DNA of 64,000 bases from Desulfovibrio sp. (GCA_031280915.1 JAITGC010000078.1:52069-116068), one strand, 5' to 3'; counted from the stretch's first letter, positions 10,977 to 20,774 are shown. The notes: generated by a model from the sequence alone, not told the origin. A program made the numbers and translations.

Positions 10977-12332
10977 TCACACAGCTTGCACTACCAGTTC
11001 CGTATCCGTCAAGGCGATGGGCCTTGCGGGAACAAGACCCGCCGCGTCACTGGCCGATCGCTCAAAAACACAGGGAATATAGAATTCATTCAGACCCTTC
11101 AAGCGGCCCGTCGTTGTTTGGCGCCCGTCAATGGCTATCAGCATGCGTTCCAGTGCGATCTGCCCCTGCAGGAAAGCAGCGCGGCGTTCCGCTACGGCTT
11201 TGCGGATGCGGGCCGCCCGTTCCTGTCTGACGGAGATGGGCATTTGCCCGTCAAAACCGGCGGCCGGAGTGCCGGGCCGGGATGACCAGGGGAAAACATG
11301 GGCGTAACTGAAGGGCAACGTCTGTACAAAGTCCGCCAGATCTGCAATGTCTTCTTCCGTTTCTCCGGGAAAACCCACGAGAATATCCGCCCCGAGGCCA
11401 ATTTTCGGCCAGATCGCGCCCAGCGCGGACACGGCCTCGGCCACGCTTTGCGCCGAATAATGCCCGCGTCCCATGCCTCTGAGCACGGCCGGGCTGGTGT
11501 GCTGCAGGGAAAGATGCAAATGCGGGCAAACCATCCGGCTCGCGGCAAGGGTATCCAAGCCGCGTTGGGAGAGTTGCGACGGATCAAGGGAACTTATGCG
11601 AAAGCGTGCTTGGCCGGCGAATTCCGGGGCCAGATGCTTTTCCAAAGAGCGCAGTAAACTCCAGAAATCGCCGAAAGCAGAGTTATCCTGGCCGTACTGG
11701 CGCAGATTTACTCCGGAAAGTATGATTTCGGCATAACCGGCCCTGAGCAGGTGCAGAACCTCCTCCAGCACTTCCGCTGGAGGCCGGCTTCTGGAGGGGC
11801 CGCGGGCGCGCGGAACCACGCAGTACGCGCAGTGATGGGTGCAGCCGTCTTGTATTTTGACTATCGGCCGCGCCCGTTTGAACGAGGTTATTCGGAAAGG
11901 CGGAAAAGCGGTGCTTGGCCTTGCGGGATCCGGCATGTCCGGCGGGCTTGAGGGCAACGTTCTGGGATCCGCCGAGAGGAGCAGGGCTTTTTTGTCCTGC
12001 GGCAAGAGAATGTCGGGAGCAACTTGCATGGAATCGGGTTTGCGCGCGGCAAAAAAATTCGCCGCGCACCCGGTGAGAATCAGTCTGGCCGAGGGGGCAG
12101 AGCGCCTGAGGCGAAAGATGGCATTGCGCGCGTCGCGTTCCCCCCTGGCGGTAACGGCGCAACTGTTGACGCAGATAACGTCCGCCTCTTGGGGACACTC
12201 ACATTCCGCGCCGCCCGACGCTGCCCAGGATTCGCGCAATGCCTGGCTTTCATACTGATTGACCTTGCAGCCAAACGTTTCAATGTAAAATTTCCAGAGG
12301 GGGGCGCTATTGCCCTGTGGCCGCCGCTTCAT
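10977..12332 (-). CDS. mtaB: MiaB/RimO/MtaB-family radical SAM methylthiotransferase, probably tRNA t6A methylthiotransferase
   Basis: UPF0004 TFGCKVNQYES and VNSCAVT; CxxxCxxC in KIQDGCTHHCAYC; DILVGFPGETEE; start uncertain. Confidence 0.85.
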   Translation of the reverse strand: MKRRPQGNSAPLWKFYIETFGCKVNQYESQALRESWAASGGAECECPQEADVICVNSCAVTARGERDARNAIFRLRRSAPSARLILTGCAANFFAARKPDSMQVAPDILLPQDKKALLLSADPRTLPSSPPDMPDPARPSTAFPPFRITSFKRARPIVKIQDGCTHHCAYCVVPRARGPSRSRPPAEVLEEVLHLLRAGYAEIILSGVNLRQYGQDNSAFGDFWSLLRSLEKHLAPEFAGQARFRISSLDPSQLSQRGLDTLAASRMVCPHLHLSLQHTSPAVLRGMGRGHYSAQSVAEAVSALGAIWPKIGLGADILVGFPGETEEDIADLADFVQTLPFSYAHVFPWSSRPGTPAAGFDGQMPISVRQERAARIRKAVAERRAAFLQGQIALERMLIAIDGRQTTTGRLKGLNEFYIPCVFERSASDAAGLVPARPIALTDTELVVQAV

Positions 12333-13059
12333 CCACAATCCAGATCAGCTCGCCGCCTGAGGGGCGCACCATTTGGGCGGGCAGAGCGGGTATCGAGAGC
12401 AGGTTGAGAGCCTGGGAGAGCACGTGGTGCTTTTCTTTGCCGTTGACAAGGAACATACAGCAACGGGCGTTGTTGATGACGGGCAGGGTGAGCGTCAGCC
12501 GATCCGCCTTTCGTTCGGGAACGTATTGATCAATGACAAGGCGCTTTTTTTCCGCCAAGGCCGGAGAGCCGGGGAAAATTGAGCCTGTGTGCCCGTCGTC
12601 GCCGATGCCGAGGAGCATAAGGTCGAAGCGCGGCAGTTCATTTTCCGCCAGATTGAAGTCGTCGCGCAAAATCCGTTCATAATGGGCGGCGGCTTCAACG
12701 GGGTCTTCATCTCCGCGCATTCTGTAAAAATGGGTGGCCGGCACACGGCCCAAAAATTCGCGCCGGGCAAGGCCGTAATTGCTGTCGGGATGATCCGGGT
12801 CGACGCAACGCTCATCCACCCAGAAAAAGGCCATTTTACCCCAGGGGAGATGATCCGCCCAATCGCTTGCGGCGAGCAGGCGGAACAGGGGGATGGGCGT
12901 AAGCCCGCCTGACAGGGCGATTTTGAAGACGCCGCGTTCTCCCACGGCTTCCTCGCAGGCGGCGGCCAGAATATGGGCCGCCCGTTCGGCCATGGCGGCA
13001 GGATCTTTGTGAATATGGACTGAAAGATGTATGGAACGGGAACGGCTTATGGCCTGCAT
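12307..13059 (-). CDS. pgl: 6-phosphogluconolactonase
   Basis: IALSGG.TP, FWVDERCV.PDHPDSNY, FDLMLLGIGDDGHTGSIFPG, RLTLTLPVIN. Confidence 0.93.
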   Translation of the reverse strand: MQAISRSRSIHLSVHIHKDPAAMAERAAHILAAACEEAVGERGVFKIALSGGLTPIPLFRLLAASDWADHLPWGKMAFFWVDERCVDPDHPDSNYGLARREFLGRVPATHFYRMRGDEDPVEAAAHYERILRDDFNLAENELPRFDLMLLGIGDDGHTGSIFPGSPALAEKKRLVIDQYVPERKADRLTLTLPVINNARCCMFLVNGKEKHHVLSQALNLLSIPALPAQMVRPSGGELIWIVDEAAATGQ

Positions 13060-13261
13060 AGAGGGTACTCCTTTTCTCCGGGAAAGCCCTTGCCGCGAGG
13101 GGACGTGGGGAAATGCCGGATTATAGGTGCAATGTTTACCTTTTCACAGGGCGGCGGTCAAGTTTGGAATGGGGCGGAGAGTTTTACTTTTGCATTGTGA
13201 GCAGTCACGCAAGTTGAGCATTTCTTTTGCGCAAGTTAAGAACGAGAATACCCTCTTCCCG

Positions 13262-13299
13262 GCAACAAGCCCGTGATTTTTCGCGGGCTTGTTGCTTTT
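13262..13299 (+). terminator. Intrinsic-terminator-like hairpin in the divergent pgl/larA intergenic region
   Basis: GCAACAAGCCCGTGA-TTTT-TCGCGGGCTTGTTGC followed by TTTT. Confidence 0.55.
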
Positions 13300-13448
13300 C
13301 TGCGTGCTGATTCCGACACGTTTTTCAGCCGATTTTCCGCAAGTATCCCGTGATGATTCTGGTATATTCCAACGAGCTTCCCACCGCTTTGCACTTGCCC
13401 CCGCTTTCCATTCTTCTTGCCGACGAGAGCAATGAATATACTATCGAT

Positions 13449-13485
13449 ATGCCCGTATTTGGGCAATATGCCTATATTTAGACAT
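13449..13485. promoter_or_regulatory. Tandem palindromic sites, putative enhancer-binding-protein UAS
   Basis: ATGCCCGTATTTGGGCA (13449-13465) and ATGCCTATATTTAGACA (13468-13484), both TGCCY-N6-RGRCA, 65-100 bp upstream of a sigma54 motif. Confidence 0.6.
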
Positions 13486-13548
13486 ATACGACGAGTCCTC
13501 TTCACGCTGTTTCCGTTTTTATCGGCCAATTATGCGAGCCTTCGGCCA

Positions 13549-13564
13549 TGGAACATTTTTTGCT
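13549..13564 (+). promoter_or_regulatory. Sigma54 (-24/-12) promoter of the sulfonate operon
   Basis: TGGAACA-TTTT-TTGCT with exact GG-N10-GC spacing, about 50 bp before the larA ATG. Confidence 0.7.
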
Positions 13565-13616
13565 ACTTCTTATTCCATCGTTTGTTTCGCTCACCGCTTT
13601 GTCCGAGGTGGAACCG

Positions 13617-14921
13617 ATGCGTTTGAATCTTAAATACGGCGCGGATGCGCTGCCTCTGGAAATTCAGGATACGTTCCATGTTGACGTATTTGAGCCAAAG
13701 GCCGTCGTCTCTCTTGATGACCCTGCGGGCGCTCTGCGGGCCGCTCTGGATGCTCCGCTGGGCTGTCTGCCGTTGGAAGACTGGCGAATCCCGCGCTCCG
13801 TCGCCATTGCCGTCCCTGACGAAACCCGTCCTTTTCCTTTGAAAACGTTGCTTCCGCCTTTGTTGGATCGTCTGTTCGCCGCCTGGCCGTCCCTGACCGG
13901 GGACAATATCCGCATCGTGGTGGGCGGCGGTCTGCATGTCCCAGCCGACGCCGCGCAACTGGCCCGCATATTGCCTGCCGATCTGCGCGGTAGCCGCGTT
14001 ATCGCCCACGATGCCCTGCATTCCCCTGTTCTCAATTTCGGAACCACCAGCCGGGGAACCCCTGTGGAGATCAATGCCGCATTGGGCGCCGCGGATTTCA
14101 AAATAGTCATGGGCATGGTGGACGCGCACCAGTTTGTCGGTTTTACCGGCGGCGCCAAAGGCGTAGTTATCGGTTGCGGCTCGGCCGGCACCATCGCGGC
14201 CAACCATCGTCTGTTGCGGGAAAGCCGGGCAATTGTCGGCAATATTGAAGACAACCCGGTGCGACTTGACATCAACGAAGCAGGCGAACTGGTGGGCGTA
14301 AATTTTGCCGTTAATGTGGCCCTGGACAGAGAAAAACAACCTGTGGCCGTGCTGGCCGGGCTGCCGTCCGCCGTCATGGCGGAGGCGTCTCACGCGGTGG
14401 AGGAACTTTACGGCATGAGCTTTACGGAACCTTACGATGTCGTTGTCGCGTCCTGCGGCGGTTTCCCCAAGGATATCTGTCTGTACCAAGCGCAGAAAGG
14501 TTTGGCGACGGCCGCGCAGTGCGCCGCCCCAGGCGCGAGGATATTGCTCGTGGCTCAATGCGGGGACGGAGTGGGTGACGAGCGCTATTATGACTACACA
14601 CGCCGTTTTGCCGACAATGCCGCTCTGGTGGCGGACTTTGAAAAAAAACCTTTTGCCGTGGGAGCACACAAGGCTTTTCTCTTCGCCCGCACAACCACAA
14701 GATTCACTGTCGTCGTTCAGACGGATCTGCCGGCGGCGACCCTGGCGGAGTGCCACCTGACATGCGGCCCGCTCCAGCGGACTGTGGACAGTTGGCTCGC
14801 TGAAAAACCGGATGCCCGTGTCGCTGTTATTACAAACGCAAACTCCACCTTTTTCGCAATTCCACCCCTTTTCCGTAACCTTGTGCATAGCGGCCAACCC
14901 AGGCTGGCAGAAAATCTGTAG
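13617..14921 (+). CDS. larA: LarA-family nickel-pincer-nucleotide-dependent alpha-hydroxyacid racemase (candidate 3-sulfolactate racemase)
   Basis: MRLNLKYG start after GAGGTG; LarA motifs PDETRP, GGGLH, AHQFVGFTGGAKG, AANH, LYQAQKG; substrate inferred from context. Confidence 0.88.
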   Translation: MRLNLKYGADALPLEIQDTFHVDVFEPKAVVSLDDPAGALRAALDAPLGCLPLEDWRIPRSVAIAVPDETRPFPLKTLLPPLLDRLFAAWPSLTGDNIRIVVGGGLHVPADAAQLARILPADLRGSRVIAHDALHSPVLNFGTTSRGTPVEINAALGAADFKIVMGMVDAHQFVGFTGGAKGVVIGCGSAGTIAANHRLLRESRAIVGNIEDNPVRLDINEAGELVGVNFAVNVALDREKQPVAVLAGLPSAVMAEASHAVEELYGMSFTEPYDVVVASCGGFPKDICLYQAQKGLATAAQCAAPGARILLVAQCGDGVGDERYYDYTRRFADNAALVADFEKKPFAVGAHKAFLFARTTTRFTVVVQTDLPAATLAECHLTCGPLQRTVDSWLAEKPDARVAVITNANSTFFAIPPLFRNLVHSGQPRLAENL

Positions 14922-14960
14922 GTCATGACGATAACAAACTCAAAAATCGGAGCGATGAAC

Positions 14961-15821
14961 ATGCAAATCGGATTTATAGGTGTGGGCCTCATGGGAGGGC
15001 CGCTGGCGCGCAACCTCATTCGCGCCGGATACTCTGTCTTGGTCTTTGATCTGAGCAAAGAAGCCCTCGACAGGACATTGGCCGTCGACGGAGCTGGCAA
15101 AGCCGCCGCTCACGTCGAAGAACTGGCGGACTGCAACGTTGTCTTCACCAGCTTGCCTTTGCCGCGGCACGTAAAGGACACCATGGGCGGCTCCTCAGGC
15201 CTGTACGGCGCCATGAAGCGGGAGAGCATTCATGTGGAGCTTTCCACCATCGACCCGCGGACGGCGGAGGAACTGGCCGCAGAAGCGGCGGGGAGGGGCA
15301 TCGGCTACATTCAGTGTACCCTGGGCAAAACTCCGGCCCACGCGGAAAAAGCCGAAGAACCCATGTTCATCGGCGGCGACGTGAACTTGGTCGATCGTCT
15401 TGCCGACATTTTCAAGGTCATCGGCAAACCCTGCCATGTGGGCGCCATTTCCGCGTCCTGCGCGATCAAACTCATTTCCAACATGGTGGGGATGACCAAC
15501 CTCGCCGTACTGACCGAAGGCATGCGCCTCGGCGAGCGTGCCGGCCTGGACCGCAAGCTGCTGCTGGAATTGCTGACGGATACGGGTGCCCGGAGCTTCC
15601 AGATGGATGTGCGCGGGCCCTGGATCGTGGACGATGACTTCAACGCGCGTTTCGGCCTTGACCTGGCCCTGAAGGATGTACGTCTCGGCTGCGAAATGGC
15701 GCGGGCATGGGGTCTCGAACCGCGTGCCATGGAAGTGGCCCTTGAGTATTACAAAAAAGCATCCGCCGCCGGCTACGGCAAGGAAGACTGCAATGCCGTG
15801 TATAAGGTGGTCGCCAAGTGA
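14961..15821 (+). CDS. NAD(P)-dependent beta-hydroxyacid dehydrogenase (3-hydroxyisobutyrate DH family); probable DHPS dehydrogenase, DhpA-like
   Basis: IGFIGVGLMG Rossmann motif; catalytic AIKLISN; LALKDVRL; lies in an operon with an aldehyde DH and suyAB. Confidence 0.85.
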   Translation: MQIGFIGVGLMGGPLARNLIRAGYSVLVFDLSKEALDRTLAVDGAGKAAAHVEELADCNVVFTSLPLPRHVKDTMGGSSGLYGAMKRESIHVELSTIDPRTAEELAAEAAGRGIGYIQCTLGKTPAHAEKAEEPMFIGGDVNLVDRLADIFKVIGKPCHVGAISASCAIKLISNMVGMTNLAVLTEGMRLGERAGLDRKLLLELLTDTGARSFQMDVRGPWIVDDDFNARFGLDLALKDVRLGCEMARAWGLEPRAMEVALEYYKKASAAGYGKEDCNAVYKVVAK

Positions 15822-15902
15822 GAGTGCGTCTGCCGGGCATTTGCCCCACGCGATAAAAAATAACCCTTCTCGAGAGCAAGTGTAAACAAAAGGAGAAACA
15901 GT

Positions 15903-16907
15903 ATGAGTATGTTGAAGCGCATTTTTCTCGCGACGCTGCTGTCGGTTTTTGTTTTTGCCGGCGCGGTTCAGGCAGCCCAGTATCAAAAAATGACCATCCG
16001 CGCGGCAACAGCGAACCCGCCTGGCAGCCTGCACGTTACGGCTATCGAAAAGTTCAAGGAAATCGTGGAGAAAGAATCGGGCGGCCTGATTGCCGTACAG
16101 ACCTTTTACGGCGGTTCCATGGGCGACGAACAGGCCAACGTCAAGCAATTGCGCACTGAAGAGCTCCACCTGACAGTGGTGGCCTGCGGCAATTTGACCC
16201 CCTTCGCTCCCCGCGCCTCCCTCTTCATTTTGCCCTATATTTTCCCGACACTCCAGAACGCCTACACACTCTTCAGCAATCAGAATTTTATGACTAAGCA
16301 GGCTGACGCCATCGCCCAGCAAAGCGGAGGACGCCCCTTAAGTTGGCTGGTGGGCGGCTACCGCGTCCTGACCAATTCAAAAAAGCCCATTGCCGCTCTT
16401 GCCGATTTGCAGGGGCTGAAAATTCGTGTTCCTCCAGTGGAAATACAACTCGACGCCTTTCGCGCCTGGGGGGTGGAGCCGCATCCCCTCGCCTGGACGG
16501 AAACATTCAACGGATTGCAACAGGGCGTTGTTGACGGCCAGGAAAACCCTCACGGCATCAACCGCGACCAAAAATTCTGGGAAGTCCAGAAATATATTAC
16601 TGACCTGCATTACATGCTCTGGGTCGGCCCCATGCTCGTGAGCGAAAAGTGGTACCGCAAACTTTCTCCGGACGCCAAGGCGCTTGTTGACAGGGCCGCC
16701 AAAGCGGCGGCTGTGTATGAATGGGAATGGTCCGCAAAAGACGTGGAAAAAGCGAAGGTCGATTGTCTTGCCCACGGCATGAAGGAAACCGCCCTGAAGG
16801 ATGAGGACCAGTGGATGGCCAAAGCGCGCGGCATCTGGCCCAAATTCACGGACAAGCTTGGCGGCAGGGCGGTTGTGGATGAAGCCCTTGCCATTATGGG
16901 CAAGTAA
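15903..16907 (+). CDS. dctP: TRAP transporter substrate-binding protein DctP
   Basis: Signal peptide; DLQGLKIRVP, LQQGVVDGQENP, EVQKY. Confidence 0.92.
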   Translation: MSMLKRIFLATLLSVFVFAGAVQAAQYQKMTIRAATANPPGSLHVTAIEKFKEIVEKESGGLIAVQTFYGGSMGDEQANVKQLRTEELHLTVVACGNLTPFAPRASLFILPYIFPTLQNAYTLFSNQNFMTKQADAIAQQSGGRPLSWLVGGYRVLTNSKKPIAALADLQGLKIRVPPVEIQLDAFRAWGVEPHPLAWTETFNGLQQGVVDGQENPHGINRDQKFWEVQKYITDLHYMLWVGPMLVSEKWYRKLSPDAKALVDRAAKAAAVYEWEWSAKDVEKAKVDCLAHGMKETALKDEDQWMAKARGIWPKFTDKLGGRAVVDEALAIMGK

Positions 16908-16920
16908 ACGCTCTCTGTTT

Positions 16921-16967
16921 GCGCGGCCTGAACAGGACTGAGAAACAGCCTCAATTCAGGCCGCGCC
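16921..16967 (+). other. Stem-loop after dctP (likely mRNA stabiliser or attenuator)
   Basis: GCGCGGCCTGAA...TTCAGGCCGCGC inverted repeat. Confidence 0.5.
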
Positions 16968-17043
16968 GTTGGCGGCTTGCCGGAAAAACCTTTGCCCGTT
17001 TCATCGGGGGCAAGACCTCGTTCTGGTATGGGAGGGACACGCC

Positions 17044-17541
17044 GTGTTGAGAAAGCTCTACGACAATTTTGAAGAAGTTTTCTGTGTTTTCACCATGGCC
17101 GTTATGGTGGCGTGTCTCACCATTCAGGTAGCCATCCGCGCGGTGGCGGGCTCCTCACTGGCCTGGACGGAAGAACTCAGCCGCTACAGCTTTCTCTGGA
17201 CGGTGTACATCGGGGCCGCTCTTGTGGCCAAGCACAACAGCCATGTGCGCATCACAGCCCAGTTTCTGCCCCTGCCTGTCAGAATACGCCTCGCCTTCCG
17301 TCTGCTGGCGGACGTTATCTGGGCGACCCTCACCTTGTATATCGCCTGGCAAAGCTGGACGGTGCTTCGCGAAGGCATGGAATTCCCGGAAATCTCGCCG
17401 ACGCTGCATATCGTGAAAGCCTATGTGGAGATGGTCATTCCGGCAGGATTCGCACTTATGGCCTGGCGCATTGTGGAGACCTGGATTGCGCGTTGTAAAA
17501 ATGGAACCCTGCCGGAATTGCTGCGGGAGGAGATTGTATGA
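17044..17541 (+). CDS. dctQ: TRAP transporter small permease DctQ
   Basis: WTEELSRY, HVRIT; 4 TM segments; GTG start after GGAGGG. Confidence 0.9.
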   Translation: MLRKLYDNFEEVFCVFTMAVMVACLTIQVAIRAVAGSSLAWTEELSRYSFLWTVYIGAALVAKHNSHVRITAQFLPLPVRIRLAFRLLADVIWATLTLYIAWQSWTVLREGMEFPEISPTLHIVKAYVEMVIPAGFALMAWRIVETWIARCKNGTLPELLREEIV

Positions 17542-18839
17542 TGGAATTGTCCACTCTCTCCGTCATCGTCATCAGCATGTTCGCGCTGTTTCTCCTTGGC
17601 TTGCCGATTTTCGCGGCTCTGGCCGGTGCCGCCGTTGCCGGACTTTTTTATGGCGGCAACCTGCCTCTTTCAGTGATTCATAACTCCTTGTTTGAAGGAT
17701 TGAATATTTTTCCGCTTCTCGCCATACCCTGTTTTGTTATCGCCGGAACACTGATGGAGCACGGCAACATAACCCAGCAGATTGTGGATGTGGTCAAACA
17801 ACTGGCCGGCCGTTCATACGGCGGCCTCGGCATCACCACTATTCTCGCGTGCACCTTTTTCGCCGCAATTTCCGGATCGGGCCCCGGCACGGTGGCCGCT
17901 GTGGGCACACTGCTTATCCCTTCCATGGTACGCAATGGCTACAGCCATACCTATGCGGCGGCGGCCGCCTCTTCCGGCGGCACCATCGGCATACTGATTC
18001 CTCCAAGCAATCCCATGATCATTTACGCCATCCTGGGAAATCTGTCTGTGACGGCCATGTTCACCGCCGGTTTCATGCCCGGATTTACCGTTGCGGCGGC
18101 CATGGCCTTCACAGCCTGGCTTGTGGCCAAGCGACAGGGATTCAGAGGAGACGCCACCGCGACATTCAACCTGAAGTTTTTCGGCCTCAGCGTTTTCAAG
18201 GCCGCGCCCGCTCTAGCCACGCCCTTCATTATACTCGGCTCCATTTATTCCGGAATGGCCACGCCGGTGGAAGCGTCAGTCGTGGCCATTCTCTGGGCGC
18301 TGCTGGTAGGCGGCATTGTGAATCGGGTACTGCGCCCGATCCATCTGTACAAGGCCCTTCTGGCCGGGGTAAACGTCTGCGGCGCGGTGCTGCTCATCGT
18401 GGGAACATCCACCCTGTTCGGCAAACTCCTGACCTTTGAAGAGGCTCCGCAGCAATTGACGGAATTGGTGCTTGCCGTCTCCAGTGACCCTACGGTGGTG
18501 TTGCTCATGATCATCGGTGTGCTGATCATTCTAGGCATGTTTATGGAAACCCTGTCCACCATCATTATTCTTGTTCCCGTGCTTATGCCCGTATTGCACC
18601 AGTTGGGGATAAATCCCATCCATTTCGGCATTATCCTTGTGGTAACCAATGAAATGGCCTTGCTCACGCCCCCCCTCGGGGTCAATCTTTTTGTGGCTTC
18701 CAGCATTGCCGGAGTGTCCATCGAACGGGTGGCTCTGGGCGTTTTGCCCTATTTGGCGGCTCTGCTGATCTGTATTCTGCTTTTCACCCTCATGCCGGGA
18801 TATGTGATGTGGCTGCCGAGGCTGCTGAACATGGCCTGA
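17538..18839 (+). CDS. dctM: TRAP transporter large permease DctM
   Basis: LLAIPCF, FFAAISGSGP, GILIPPSNPMIIY, ATPVEAS, LTPPLGVNLFVA. Confidence 0.94.
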   Translation: MMELSTLSVIVISMFALFLLGLPIFAALAGAAVAGLFYGGNLPLSVIHNSLFEGLNIFPLLAIPCFVIAGTLMEHGNITQQIVDVVKQLAGRSYGGLGITTILACTFFAAISGSGPGTVAAVGTLLIPSMVRNGYSHTYAAAAASSGGTIGILIPPSNPMIIYAILGNLSVTAMFTAGFMPGFTVAAAMAFTAWLVAKRQGFRGDATATFNLKFFGLSVFKAAPALATPFIILGSIYSGMATPVEASVVAILWALLVGGIVNRVLRPIHLYKALLAGVNVCGAVLLIVGTSTLFGKLLTFEEAPQQLTELVLAVSSDPTVVLLMIIGVLIILGMFMETLSTIIILVPVLMPVLHQLGINPIHFGIILVVTNEMALLTPPLGVNLFVASSIAGVSIERVALGVLPYLAALLICILLFTLMPGYVMWLPRLLNMA

Positions 18840-18896
18840 TAAAGTCACTCTTTTGCTCTTATTTTTTTCAACCTCTCATTATTCAAGGAGTTTTTA

Positions 18897-20354
18897 ATGC
18901 AACTGAAAGACAGCAGCCTTTTCAAACAGCAGTGCCTGATCGGCGGCCAGTGGATATCAGCCGACAACGGCGCGACCATAACCGTGACCAATCCGGCGGA
19001 CGGCGCTGTGATCGGCGCCGTGCCGAAACTCGGCAAAAAAGAAACGGCCATGGCCATTGACTCGGCGGAAAAAGCCTGGCCGTTGTGGAAGAACCTGCGG
19101 CCCCTGCAGCGCTCTGACATCCTGCGCCGCTGGCATTCGCTGATTGCGGAAAACATTGACGACCTCGCCATGATCATGACTATGGAGCAGGGCAAACCCC
19201 TGACAGAAGCAAAGGGCGAAATCATGCTCGGCATGAGTTATATTACCTGGTACGCTGAGGAGGGCCGTCGTGTATACGGCGAAACCATTCCCTCACCCTG
19301 GGCCGGCAGACAGCCCATGACCATCCGCCAGCCTGTCGGGGTGACGGCGGCCATCACGCCCTGGAATTTTCCCATGTCCATGATTGCCCGCAAGGCTTCT
19401 CCGGCCCTCGCGGCGGGCTGCCCCATGATTATAAAACCCGCCGGCAAAACTCCCTTCTCGGCTCTGGCAATGGCTGAACTCGGCCAACGCGCGGGCGTCC
19501 CGGACGGGATCATCAGCGTGATAACCGGCGATGCTTCGGTTATCGGTGATGCACTGTGCGCCAATCCAAGGGTGCGCAAACTCAGTTTCACCGGCTCCAC
19601 GGAAGTGGGCAAAAAACTCATGGCCAGCTGCGCGACGACAGTGAAAAAACTTTCCATGGAACTCGGCGGCAACGCTCCCATGATTATCTGCTCCGATGCG
19701 GACATCGGGCAGGCCGTCGCCGGCGCCATGGGTTGCAAGTTCCGCAACGCGGGGCAAACCTGCATTTGCGTGAACAGAATAATCGTGCATGACGACGTCC
19801 ATGATCAGTTCGTCACCATGTTGGCGGAAAAAACCAAAGGGATAGTTGTGGGCAATGGCCTTGAGGCCGGGGTAACCCAAGGGCCCATGATAAATCCGTC
19901 GGCCGTCGCCTCCATGCAAGCCTTTGTGGACGACGCCGTCGCCAAAGGAGCAAAGGTCATTTTGGGCGGCAAACCCGACGTCAAGGGAGGGTTGTTCTAC
20001 CAGCCCACAATCCTTACAGGAGTCACCCCTGAAATGCGCGTATTCAGAGAAGAAATTTTCGGCCCCATAGCCCCGATCATGCGTTTCAAAATTGAAGAGG
20101 AAGCGCTGGCCCTTGCAAATGACACTGAATACGGTCTGGCCTCTTATGTCTATACCCGTGACCTGGGTTCCTTTTACCGCATTGCCGAGGCCCTGGATTA
20201 CGGCATGGTGGGCGTGAATGAAGTGGCCCTCGCAAGCGGGGAAGTGCCCTTCGGCGGCGTCAAACACAGCGGACTGGGTCGCGAGGGCGGCCGCCAGGGA
20301 ATTGAGGATTATCTGGAGACGAAATATATCCTGCTCGGTGGTCTGTCGGCCTGA
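18897..20354 (+). CDS. NAD(P)-dependent aldehyde dehydrogenase, GabD/SSADH family; probable 3-sulfolactaldehyde dehydrogenase (SlaB-like)
   Basis: ITPWNFP, SFTGSTEVGK, MELGGNAP, FRNAGQTC, EEIFGP, PFGGVKHSGLGREG; substrate inferred from context. Confidence 0.9.
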   Translation: MQLKDSSLFKQQCLIGGQWISADNGATITVTNPADGAVIGAVPKLGKKETAMAIDSAEKAWPLWKNLRPLQRSDILRRWHSLIAENIDDLAMIMTMEQGKPLTEAKGEIMLGMSYITWYAEEGRRVYGETIPSPWAGRQPMTIRQPVGVTAAITPWNFPMSMIARKASPALAAGCPMIIKPAGKTPFSALAMAELGQRAGVPDGIISVITGDASVIGDALCANPRVRKLSFTGSTEVGKKLMASCATTVKKLSMELGGNAPMIICSDADIGQAVAGAMGCKFRNAGQTCICVNRIIVHDDVHDQFVTMLAEKTKGIVVGNGLEAGVTQGPMINPSAVASMQAFVDDAVAKGAKVILGGKPDVKGGLFYQPTILTGVTPEMRVFREEIFGPIAPIMRFKIEEEALALANDTEYGLASYVYTRDLGSFYRIAEALDYGMVGVNEVALASGEVPFGGVKHSGLGREGGRQGIEDYLETKYILLGGLSA

Positions 20355-20436
20355 GAGGCTTTCAAGGCAAAACATTTTCGAGCCTGTTTTATCACTGGCG
20401 GCGGGACGAAGGGAACTTGGCAGCGGCGCAGCGTTT

Positions 20437-20671
20437 CCGCAAGGGATGGTCATCCGTACGCCCCGGATGGGGCTACGGCTGCCAATACGCGAAGCCGCCC
20501 GCGCGAACGCGAAGGACGGAACGACCAAGCCGGCCCGGAGCGGGCGACGGTCGGCGTTATCCGAAATGTCGTCCGGCAAGCGTGAGCGCGTAAAAGGCTG
20601 CTAAATGGCGTAGACGGAATTTACTTTCGCCGTTAAGCGCCGCAGCAAGTGGTTAACGTTAAAATGCTCCA
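20437..20671. repeat. Intergenic mosaic repeat (TAGAGCA family)
   Basis: 20437-20481 resembles 38189-38234 (CCGCAAGGGAT..CATCCG..GGGGCTACGGCTG); 20625-20671 resembles 45924-45969 (TTTCGCCGTTAA.CGCCGCAGCAAGTG..TGCTC). Confidence 0.7.
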
Positions 20672-20774
20672 TCAGTGCGAAATCATGCCTTGCCATATCA
20701 CGACAAGGCCGGAAAGGTCCGGCCTGTCCAAGGCAGTAACCATAAGCATATCCGAATTTAACAAAGGAGCGGAC

